Shown here: in pieces, positions 38,900 through 46,641 of the stretch | How the letters are laid out: each line of letters opens with the position of its first letter | Numbering within the stretch: position 1 is the stretch's first letter | NCBI GenBank assembly: GCA_046482825.1 | Contig: JAWOEI010000109.1 | Location: 1 to 61,535, forward strand | Length of the DNA: 61,535 nucleotides | Direction: 5' to 3' | DNA from: Kiritimatiellia bacterium | GTDB lineage: Bacteria; Verrucomicrobiota; Kiritimatiellia; RFP12; UBA1067 | Position numbers and translations under genes: made by a program | The notes under the pieces: generated by a model | What the model was told of the DNA's origin: nothing | What the model saw: only the letters and a program-made list of their open reading frames with translations | Database searches by the model: none

Positions 38900-40248
38900 T
38901 TTATTGCTCCTTTTTTAGGTGTGTAGCGTACCAGACCCAGGCTGAACGGCCATTTGCCATCTATTCTGTTGGCAACCCGGTCGGGATTCTTTTCTTCAAC
39001 AGCGCCGACGAAATAGATGTTTCCGTCTTTCTGACCGGTGCAGGCACCGCCGAGCCCGAAGATGCGCTGTCCATCTACGCCACGCAGCAGACCGAGTTCT
39101 TCGCGCTGTTCTGTGTCGAGATCATATCTGATCAGAACCGATTCCGGCGGGGTGTCTTTGCCTGTGAGATGAGCGGTGAATCTGCGTTCATCAGCCACAT
39201 CCCAGGATGTGCCCGAGTAATCGAAGGCTACGGAAATTACAGGGGCGTAATAGAGTTTGCGCTGCGGAGTGATGGTCAGCGCCAGCGTGGCAACCGGTAT
39301 CAGACTCGCATCAGCTTCCATATAACGCTCGGCACAGAGCCGCGTCAGCGGGGTGACGGTTCCTTCCGGACCTTCATACGGATCAAAACGGAATAGGCGG
39401 GAATCACCTACCATTGTACCGTAAGCCACGCGTTCTCCAGGCTCCCATTCAATGACCCGCCAGTAAACTTTGCGGTCTATCATTGGATTGGACATCGTAC
39501 GCGGTGTCGAGCGTGGATCAAGCGGCAGGCGGGTTCCGCGCAGATCAAAGATCCTGTCGAGTTCCGGATCATATTTCCAGATGCGCCCGGTTGGAAAAGA
39601 GCCGTAAATGTTGCCTTCATCATCCGCGAAGATCGTGCGACAGATGTCCCAGTCGTCAACACGGCCGAGATCGGTTGTTGCCATGGTTTCCAGATCGAGA
39701 TAATAGAGGTGTCCGTCTTCCGCGAGACCGTAGGCCCGCTGGTATTTAGGTTCAAATACCATTCCAAGCAGCCCCCACTGTCTGTTGATACGTCCCAGGT
39801 TCTCCAGCTTTTCTTCGGCGGGATCATACCGGAACCAGTGCGGTCCACGATAACTGGCGGGATCTATGCATTCCGGGCCGGTATCTTCACAGAAATCCGC
39901 AAAATAGATACGTCCCTTTTTGTCTTCGCTCATGCGCACATGAATCTTGCCTGATGTTCTTATGCCCTTGCCTCGTTCCCCTTTGAAAACGGTTAAATCA
40001 GCGATATGATTCATTTTCGATTTTAGCGGATCATATTCAAAAAAATGAGCCGCCTCAGCGTGTGTGCAAAGCCCTATATAGAGTTTGCCGCTTTTAGCTG
40101 CGTATAAAGCGCTCCACATGCTGTCTTCAAGACCGCTACCGCCAGTGAAGCGGATTATATCAACAGGTACTGTCTTTTCCTGCTCTGCAAAAATGCTGCT
40201 GGCAACTGTAAGCAAGCCCAGCAACAGTATTCTGATGGATTTTAACAT
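38896..40248 (-). CDS. Uncharacterised beta-propeller-like secreted protein (paralog 1)
   Basis: ~450 aa from ATG 40248, with 'aaagga' upstream. Signal peptide 'MLKSIRILLLGLLTVASSIFA'. Blade-like repeats ('SGKLYIGLC', 'KGRIYFADF', 'DGHLYYLDL', 'EGNIYGSF', 'DGNIYFVGA'). Confidence 0.6.
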   Translation of the reverse strand: MLKSIRILLLGLLTVASSIFAEQEKTVPVDIIRFTGGSGLEDSMWSALYAAKSGKLYIGLCTHAEAAHFFEYDPLKSKMNHIADLTVFKGERGKGIRTSGKIHVRMSEDKKGRIYFADFCEDTGPECIDPASYRGPHWFRYDPAEEKLENLGRINRQWGLLGMVFEPKYQRAYGLAEDGHLYYLDLETMATTDLGRVDDWDICRTIFADDEGNIYGSFPTGRIWKYDPELDRIFDLRGTRLPLDPRSTPRTMSNPMIDRKVYWRVIEWEPGERVAYGTMVGDSRLFRFDPYEGPEGTVTPLTRLCAERYMEADASLIPVATLALTITPQRKLYYAPVISVAFDYSGTSWDVADERRFTAHLTGKDTPPESVLIRYDLDTEQREELGLLRGVDGQRIFGLGGACTGQKDGNIYFVGAVEEKNPDRVANRIDGKWPFSLGLVRYTPKKGAIK

Positions 40249-40543
40249 CTGTATTCCTTTCGTTTTGTTATTGTATCTCCTTACTGTCACTCCATAATAT
40301 ATCGTCCGGAGTAAACCCTCAATTCCGTATATGCGAAGTGGAATTATGTTTTTGCGAAGTTAAAGCTTGCTTTTCCTGAAAGGTCATTTATGATAACTAA
40401 AGATTATAACTTTATTGTTAAAAACAGAGGACACATTATTAACATGTTGATGCGTAAATTATCAGTGATTAACGACCGTACGCAGTACGGGAATAATTTC
40501 CACATCTATTCGCGGAGATCAGCAGGCTGAAAATCGTTTACTG

Positions 40544-41734
40544 ATGAAAAAAAATCTACGTAGAAAAATTCCGCAGGTTGCGGTGGTGCTGGAAACATCG
40601 CACGGGATATCACGGCAGGAGATGCATGGCATTCTCAGATATGTGCGGGTGAATGGTCCCTGGAACATTACCTACAATGTGGGAGGAACGAGTGATCTGC
40701 GGATTCCGGATATGTCCGACTGGGATGGAGACGGAATTATCGGTCGTGTGACCAGTGATGTCATCGCCGATGCAGTCATCGCATCGGGGCTGCCGGCTGT
40801 CTTTTTTAATCCCGGCGAGAAATATATGCATCCTGCGCATCCGATTTCAAAATACAGCCATACTCAGAGTGACTCAGAGGCGATAGGAAGGATGGCGGCG
40901 GAATTTTATCTGGGAAAGGACTATCCGAGTTTTGCGTTTGTCGGAAATATTGACAACATCAGATGGTCGCGGGAAAGACAGAAAGGTTTTGTTGAGCGCC
41001 TGGCGGTGGCTGATAAACAATGCCGTTCATATCCCGTTCCTCCCCGCGCCCTGAGCCGCTGGGAAAAAGAGCGGAAGCTGTTGAGCAGATGGCTGACGGC
41101 TCTGCCGAAACCGATTTCGGTTTTTGCGGCTAATGATTACCGGGCCCGTCAGGTGCTGGATGCCTGCCTTATGTCGGGCATCAGCGTGCCGTACGAAATT
41201 GCAGTGCTGGGTGTGAATAATGATGAAATGATCTGCGAGACTACAATACCGGAACTTTCAAGCATTGCGCTTGATGCGGAACGGGCCGGGTATGAAGCCG
41301 CCCGCATGCTGGATGAAAAAATGAGCGGTCTGCATAAAGAACAGCAGGTGTTTACATACGGGCTGCTGAATGTGGTTGCCCGTGAATCAACTGAGACCCT
41401 GCATGTTAAAAATCGTTTGATTATTCAGTCTCTCGAATTTATCCGGATGAACAGGGGTTTGGTTATTCGAGTCAACGATGTGGCTGAACGGTTCGGAGTT
41501 ACCGCCCGCTGGCTGGAGATGCGTTTCTGCGAATATCTGGGCCGTTCGGTTCATGAGGTTATTGCTGATGTCCGCATGAGAACTGTCTGTACTATGCTGG
41601 AGGAAACAGATATGCCAGTCAATGCTATATCGCAGAAATGCGGTTTTGCCTATGCTACGCACCTTTGTTCTCTATTTAAACGGAAATACAATATGACAAT
41701 GGTTGAATATAGGCAAAAGAAACAAAAAGAGTGA
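40544..41734 (+). CDS. XylR-type hybrid regulator (periplasmic-binding-protein-like sugar sensor + AraC HTH)
   Basis: 396 aa. The N-terminal LacI/PBP-like fold includes 'ISVFAANDYRARQVLDAC' and 'IAVLGVNNDE'. The C-terminal AraC-type HTH includes 'ISQKCGFAYATHLCSLFKRKYNMT'. It is divergent from the propeller operon. Confidence 0.8.
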   Translation: MKKNLRRKIPQVAVVLETSHGISRQEMHGILRYVRVNGPWNITYNVGGTSDLRIPDMSDWDGDGIIGRVTSDVIADAVIASGLPAVFFNPGEKYMHPAHPISKYSHTQSDSEAIGRMAAEFYLGKDYPSFAFVGNIDNIRWSRERQKGFVERLAVADKQCRSYPVPPRALSRWEKERKLLSRWLTALPKPISVFAANDYRARQVLDACLMSGISVPYEIAVLGVNNDEMICETTIPELSSIALDAERAGYEAARMLDEKMSGLHKEQQVFTYGLLNVVARESTETLHVKNRLIIQSLEFIRMNRGLVIRVNDVAERFGVTARWLEMRFCEYLGRSVHEVIADVRMRTVCTMLEETDMPVNAISQKCGFAYATHLCSLFKRKYNMTMVEYRQKKQKE

Positions 41735-41738
41735 AAAT

Positions 41739-41978
41739 ATGAGAAAAATTACATCTTTAATCCTGCTTTTTGGCGGCGTGATTGAATTGATTACCGCTGT
41801 TGTTCTATACATTATCCCGGCCAGCCGGGTGGCTTATTGGGGTGATTATCATATCACTGTAGGATTTCTTCTGGTTGCCGCATCTCTGCTGCATATCTTT
41901 TTTAATTTAAAACCCATTCTTCGTTATCTTTCCGATAAGGCGAATAAATTTGTGTTTTTTAGTAATTTCACAACGTAA
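41739..41978 (+). CDS. Small two-TM membrane protein, unknown function
   Basis: 79 aa from ATG 41739. Two hydrophobic helices carry His residues ('...YHITVGFLLVAASLLHIFFN'). Confidence 0.4.
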   Translation: MRKITSLILLFGGVIELITAVVLYIIPASRVAYWGDYHITVGFLLVAASLLHIFFNLKPILRYLSDKANKFVFFSNFTT

Positions 41979-41980
41979 AA

Positions 41981-42475
41981 TTACTTCTGGAAAATAAAGA
42001 ATTTGCGCATTGTGTAATTGATAAAAAGGGATGTGAATATATTTGCTCCGAAGGCGAGGGTTGTCTGCATATCGAATTCAACTATCAGCAGTGACTGCAG
42101 TACCGTGCCGATAATCATGCTGATGGCGGAGACTCCGAAAAAGAGCAGAAACTCCAGGACCCGGTGATGGCGTCCCGGTTTGAATACAAAAAGTACATTA
42201 AGTATGTAACAGAATATGTTGGAAATTATAAAGGCGATGGCGTTGCTGTAGGCCGCCCGGGTGGCACGGACCCCTTCAGCTATTTCCGGAGCCGTCAGCC
42301 CCAGCAGCCTGACAAATATGTCCGACTGGCCTATGCAAGGAAACAGAAACCAGCCACAGATAAAAAAGACAACCATGTGAACGACGGTTGACATACCGCC
42401 GACCAAGCCGTACTTGATGAACTGCACTATAGGATGTGCGTCATGGCTCAGGTTTTTTTTGATGAAATCCAACAT
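41981..42475 (-). CDS. GtrA-family membrane protein
   Basis: ~164 aa from ATG 42475 (MLDFIKK...). 'VQFIKYGLVGGMSTVVHMVVFF' is the GtrA N-terminal signature, and there are four TM segments. It starts 19 nt after the lipA stop. Confidence 0.7.
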   Translation of the reverse strand: MLDFIKKNLSHDAHPIVQFIKYGLVGGMSTVVHMVVFFICGWFLFPCIGQSDIFVRLLGLTAPEIAEGVRATRAAYSNAIAFIISNIFCYILNVLFVFKPGRHHRVLEFLLFFGVSAISMIIGTVLQSLLIVEFDMQTTLAFGANIFTSLFINYTMRKFFIFQK

Positions 42476-42494
42476 AATTGTTTCAATTCGCGTA

Positions 42495-43376
42495 CTATGA
42501 TTTTGTTCGCAATTTGTTACGGACAAACTCAGCCTGCCCCTCTTCATGATACGAACTGCGGATAAGCGGAGCACAGGCGGCAAATCGGAAACCTGTGTCA
42601 TAGGCCTTTTTTTCTATATCGGAAAATTCCTCCGGTGTAAAATAACCCGCAACCGGTAGATGACGCGGAGTGGGCTGCAGATACTGACCGGCGTAGAAGA
42701 TGCGGCATCCCGCATCATAGGCGTCCTGAACGGACGCATAAATTTCCTCCATGGTTTCGCCTAATCCTAGCATCAGGGAGGTCTTGGTGATATGCCCTTG
42801 ATCCGCAGCGTGTCTGAGAATATCAAGAGATCGCTGATAATCGGCCTGCGGACGCGCTTCCGGATATAGGCGCGGCACTGTTTCCAGATTATGGCTGAAA
42901 ATGTGCGGTTGTGTCGCCAGTACGAGATCCAGCTGATCCGTATTTCCCTGGAAATCCGGTGTGAGAATTTCGATAAGAACATCGGGATTCGTCTCTCTGA
43001 CGCGGCGGACTGTTTCGGCCCAGTGACCGGCACCGTTATCAGGCAGGTCATCACGGGTGACGGATGTCAGAACGGTTTCTTTCAGACCTGCTTCTTTAAC
43101 AGCTTCCGCAACAAGGCCGGGTTCTTCAGAATCCGGCGGAAGTAGTTCCCGGTGATCAACGTTACAGAAACGGCAGTTGCGCGAACAGCAGTCACCAAGT
43201 ATCATGATGGTGGCACGTCCGTGCCGCCAGCAATGTCCTAAATTGGGGCAGAATGCCTCTTCACAGACTGTATGCAGCCCTTTTTTCTTCAAGCGGGCAC
43301 GTGTGGCCTGAAAGGTCTCGTTGTTTCCTATCCTGACTCTTATCCACGGCGGTTTTCTGTCGGCACTGATCGGCAT
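42495..43376 (-). CDS. lipA: Lipoyl synthase
   Basis: 'CEEAFCPNLGHCW' auxiliary cluster and radical-SAM 'CSRNCRFC'. I place the start at ATG 43376 (MPISADRKPPWIR). The track's extension runs across a REP hairpin. Confidence 0.95.
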   Translation of the reverse strand: MPISADRKPPWIRVRIGNNETFQATRARLKKKGLHTVCEEAFCPNLGHCWRHGRATIMILGDCCSRNCRFCNVDHRELLPPDSEEPGLVAEAVKEAGLKETVLTSVTRDDLPDNGAGHWAETVRRVRETNPDVLIEILTPDFQGNTDQLDLVLATQPHIFSHNLETVPRLYPEARPQADYQRSLDILRHAADQGHITKTSLMLGLGETMEEIYASVQDAYDAGCRIFYAGQYLQPTPRHLPVAGYFTPEEFSDIEKKAYDTGFRFAACAPLIRSSYHEEGQAEFVRNKLRTKS

Positions 43377-43455
43377 GCGACATATTAAAGCAAAGCATCG
43401 GACAGAAACAAAGCTGTTTCTTTTAAACAGCATGGCGCAGGGCGAATCGGTGCAC

Positions 43456-43482
43456 GGCGGGGTCACGGACCCCGCCCTACAG
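43456..43482 (-). repeat. Solitary GTAG-headed REP (reverse orientation)
   Basis: The reverse complement reads 'ctgtag-ggcggggtc-cgt-gaccccgcc', a 9-bp stem. It lies 80 nt upstream of the lipA start. Confidence 0.6.
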
Positions 43483-43606
43483 TAAAAATGCATTGGAACT
43501 GTAAAAACACAGAAAATTTTTCGATTGAAAAATGCGCGATTTTGGTGATATTATTATCCGGTATTTTGAATTTTTCTATCATATATTATAAAAATCGGAG
43601 GATTGA

Positions 43607-44788
43607 ATGGATTTTCGTAAGTCGGTGCTGATAACAATCTGCAGTATGGGGGCATTGGCCTCAATGGCAGGACTTTATGGTGATACGCCTGATGCGGAAC
43701 ATGCCTGGGCCGTGCATGACAAAAACCGTCCTGCTCCGCCTAAAGTGACCGCTGAACCCGGTAAACCACCGTCCGATGCAATCGTTCTTTTTGATGGCTC
43801 TTCACTTGATGCCTGGATGTCCGCTAAAAAAAGCGGGGGACCCGCCAAGTGGAAGCTTACAGATGATGGCGCCATGGAGGTTGTTCCCAAGACAGGCGTT
43901 ATTAAAACGAAGCAATCCTTCGGCGATTGCCAGCTCCATGTTGAGTGGGCCTCACCGAAAGAGGTTAAAGGCAATGGCCAGGGGCGTGGCAATAGCGGTA
44001 TTTTCCTGATGGGCAATTATGAAATCCAGATACTGGATTCCTATGAAACATATCTGAGACCTGACGGCTCCAATAAAAATCCCGTTTATGCTGACGGCCA
44101 GGCATCAGCCGTTTATGCCGAAAACCCCCCGCTGGTTAATGCATGCCGCGCTCCCGGTGAGTGGCAGACATATGATATTATCTTTCACCAGCCTATATGG
44201 GAGGGCGACGAATTGAAATATCCCGGTTCTGTCACTGTTCTGCATAACGGTGTGCTGACTCAGGATCACTGGGAGATGGAGGGTATGACAACCCACCGCT
44301 ACCGCAAGCCTCTTAAACCCCATGAGAAAAAACTTCCCCTTTCCCTGCAGGATCATGGTAATCCCACCCGATTCCGCAATATCTGGATTCGCGAGATTCC
44401 TTCCCGCTATGACAACACCACACATGGCGGACCGGCAGTATGCGAGGAGGATGTGATGGCCCTGCGCCACGAAACCGCTGAAAACCTTTTTGCTAAAGCT
44501 AATCCCGGTGATGCCGACAAAAAAGCCGCACTGGAGCGCATGCTGGAAGTTATCTCTTATGAAAAAACAGACCGTTATCTGAATATTATCGATGACCTGA
44601 GCAAAACCTATATCGCTGAACTCAACGCATTGAACAAAGCCGCGCTCGGAAATAGAAAAAAAGATATCCTCGGTTTGAAAAAATCCTGCGATCTTCTCAC
44701 ACGTAACAAGGTGATGCCGAAAAACTTTTATCTTCAGGAAGAACTGTTGAGAATTATCAAAGCCAATGGATTTGACAAGAAAAAGTAA
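43607..44788 (+). CDS. DUF1080 (3-keto-disaccharide hydrolase-like) secreted protein with C-terminal helical extension
   Basis: 393 aa. Signal peptide, 'WKLTDDGAMEV', 'GNSGIFLMGNYEIQILDS', 'LSLQDHGNPTRFRNIWIREI'. Confidence 0.85.
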   Translation: MDFRKSVLITICSMGALASMAGLYGDTPDAEHAWAVHDKNRPAPPKVTAEPGKPPSDAIVLFDGSSLDAWMSAKKSGGPAKWKLTDDGAMEVVPKTGVIKTKQSFGDCQLHVEWASPKEVKGNGQGRGNSGIFLMGNYEIQILDSYETYLRPDGSNKNPVYADGQASAVYAENPPLVNACRAPGEWQTYDIIFHQPIWEGDELKYPGSVTVLHNGVLTQDHWEMEGMTTHRYRKPLKPHEKKLPLSLQDHGNPTRFRNIWIREIPSRYDNTTHGGPAVCEEDVMALRHETAENLFAKANPGDADKKAALERMLEVISYEKTDRYLNIIDDLSKTYIAELNALNKAALGNRKKDILGLKKSCDLLTRNKVMPKNFYLQEELLRIIKANGFDKKK

Positions 44789-44842
44789 AACACTTTTTCA
44801 CCAATGACAGTTGAGTGGTTGAAAATAACAGGGAGGCGTGTC

Positions 44843-44863
44843 GGGAGGCATGCCTCCCTTCTT
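44843..44863 (+). terminator. Terminator candidate after the DUF1080 gene
   Basis: Stem gggaggc / gcctccc (7 bp) with loop 'at', followed by 'ttctt'. The T-tail is weak. Confidence 0.4.
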
Positions 44864-44920
44864 AAACAAATAAAGCCTGTTCCTGATTCTTTCCCTATAA
44901 ATAAAGGGTAAAATGCTTCT

Positions 44921-45000
44921 GAAACCACGAAAGGGAAGGGAATTAGTGATGTGCTGCCTTCGCTGTTGTTTAACCACAAAAGACACGAAAAGCACGAAAG
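44921..45000 (-). repeat. 'cacgaaa/aaccac' repeat module (V family)
   Basis: 'gtgctgccttcgctgttgtttaaccac' is the exact reverse complement of 61402-61428. The flanking 'cacgaaa(a)g' iterations resemble 61160-61194. Confidence 0.6.
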
Positions 45001-45002
45001 AA

Positions 45003-45097
45003 ACACATTAAAGCCTGTCACTACTTCTTCGGATCGGACGGCTGCGCAGCTGTAGGCCGGGTCCCCGACCCGGCGCACCAACGCTCTAATTCTTCCC
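45003..45097 (+). repeat. Stand-alone Y module with REP hairpin
   Basis: 'acacattaaagcctgtcactacttcttcggatcggacggctgcgcagctgtaggccgggtccccgacccggcgcaccaacg' matches the 3' parts of copies A, B and C. Confidence 0.85.
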
Positions 45098-45132
45098 GGC
45101 TGAAAGAAGGTGAACAAGCGACATATTCCTGT

Positions 45133-45196
45133 GTAGTAGTCGCTTTATAAGCGACATCTTACCGCTTGCTTGTGCCGCTCACAGAGCGGCTACTAC
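45133..45196. repeat. REPIN-like inverted doublet of a second REP family (GTAGTAG head)
   Basis: The left unit is 'gtagta-gtcgctt-tat-aagcgac'. An 18-nt spacer follows. The right unit is 'gccgctc-aca-gagcggc-tactac', the same unit reversed. Confidence 0.7.
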
Positions 45197-45282
45197 ATTG
45201 CTGCTGTGAAGCAATTCTACAGTTTCCTTCGCGTCTCCGCGCCTCTGCGCGAAACAAATTCTGTCTTCTACATGCGTTGTGA

Positions 45283-45606
45283 AAAAATTAATACCTGTCC
45301 CTAATTTTCACTACTTTTCTTTTCCCGCGAATCTCCGCCAATCTCTGTTGCGGCAGAAATTTTTTAAACGCTAATCGCTAAAAATTCCTGTCGCTAAGGC
45401 TTTTCCAGTAATCTCAAACGTATTAAATTTTAAGTGATTAACGGCCCCGCGCAGCGGGGATAAAATTTAATGCGCCTTTCGCGAAGATTAGCGGGCCAAA
45501 AACCTGTAAACACATTAAAGCCTGTCACTACTTCTTCGGATCGGACGGCTACGCAGCTGTAGGCCGGGTCCCCGACCCGGCGCACCAACGCCCTAATTCT
45601 TCCCGT
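45283..45606 (+). repeat. Mosaic intergenic element, copy B
   Basis: Aligns end to end with 49723-50028 with only a handful of differences. It contains nested inverted repeats and the REP hairpin at 45554-45584. Confidence 0.9.
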
Positions 45607-45611
45607 CTGGC

Positions 45612-45647
45612 TGTGCCGCTCACAGAGCGGCTACTACATTGCTGCTG
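45612..45647 (-). repeat. Second-family REP, single copy
   Basis: The 36 nt 'tgtgccgctcacagagcggctactacattgctgctg' are identical to 45171-45206. Confidence 0.75.
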
Positions 45648-45656
45648 GTCGCTGGT

Positions 45657-46325
45657 TCAAATAATATCCATAATTCGTCTGATGCTTCTGCCGGTATCGG
45701 AAAAATCATCGAGAACCACATCAGCACCTGCGTCAGAAAGCTCTTCAGCTGAAACCCATCCCGTCGCAACGGCGATTGACGGCAGATTGTTGGCTTTGGC
45801 GGCCTGTATATCCAGCGGCGTATCGCCTATCATCAGTGTTACAGGTGCTTCCGCGGGAGCTCTCCTGATAGCAGCTCCGGTGATTTTTTCGCGCTGATGA
45901 TGATCATCTCCGTAAGCCCCGAAGCTGAAGCAGTGATCTATACCGCCATGCCGCAGTTTGCACCAGGCGGTTGAACGGATGTTACCTGTAATGATTCCCA
46001 GAGAGAATCCGTTTTTTATTAGTTCAATCAGCAGTTCCGGTACTCCTCTGTACACCATGGGCTTGTTCTGCGAAAGAGCTTTGTCCAGTTCCCTGGCCAG
46101 TACCAGAAAGAAATGTTCTTCCTTGGCAGGTGAATTCCGGACATTGCACTCACGGGCCATCTGGCGGATGACGTTGGAATCTGTTGCCCCCACGAAATGG
46201 ATTTTATCCATGTCGGGATAATCAATTCCGTAGGCTGCCCGGAATGCGTTTCCGAAAGCCCGGCGCCCTGCACTTTTAGCGTAAAGGAGAGTTCCGTCTA
46301 TATCGAATATTATTGATTTCTTCAT
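45657..46325 (-). CDS. HAD-superfamily phosphatase
   Basis: 222 aa from ATG 46325. 'IFDIDGTLLYA' (DxD motif I), 'IITGN', 'GDTPLDIQAAKAN'. Confidence 0.75.
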   Translation of the reverse strand: MKKSIIFDIDGTLLYAKSAGRRAFGNAFRAAYGIDYPDMDKIHFVGATDSNVIRQMARECNVRNSPAKEEHFFLVLARELDKALSQNKPMVYRGVPELLIELIKNGFSLGIITGNIRSTAWCKLRHGGIDHCFSFGAYGDDHHQREKITGAAIRRAPAEAPVTLMIGDTPLDIQAAKANNLPSIAVATGWVSAEELSDAGADVVLDDFSDTGRSIRRIMDII

Positions 46326-46522
46326 ATGTGTAAGTACTCTTTTCCCATGCTCCATGCCGTTCATGCGCAACACGAATCCGGTGGCTATTCTCTCAATTCC
46401 GGTCTCGAAAAACAAGCAGTTGAATTGCTGTTTTCCGGAAATCATTACCAGCAAACAGTAATGAGCTAACCACAAAACACAAGAAAACAAAGCCGAGTGG
46501 TTGCAAATCCGTATCCCGGAAT

Positions 46523-46591
46523 GCTGATATCGGGCGCATCTGCGATTATGTTGCGCGCAACATAATCGCAGATGCGCCCGCTGATATCAGC
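46523..46591. promoter_or_regulatory. 48-bp perfect palindrome (extendable to ~69 nt) in the HAD/fkp divergent region
   Basis: 46532-46555 'gggcgcatctgcgattatgttgcg' is the exact reverse complement of 46556-46579. Flanking 'gctgatatc' and 'gatatcagc' extend it with a 3-nt bulge. It lies 63 nt upstream of the fkp ATG. Confidence 0.9.
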
Positions 46592-46641
46592 GGGCCGGTT
46601 TTCGAATTGTTTTTTCCGGTTTTCAATGATATCCTGCGTTT

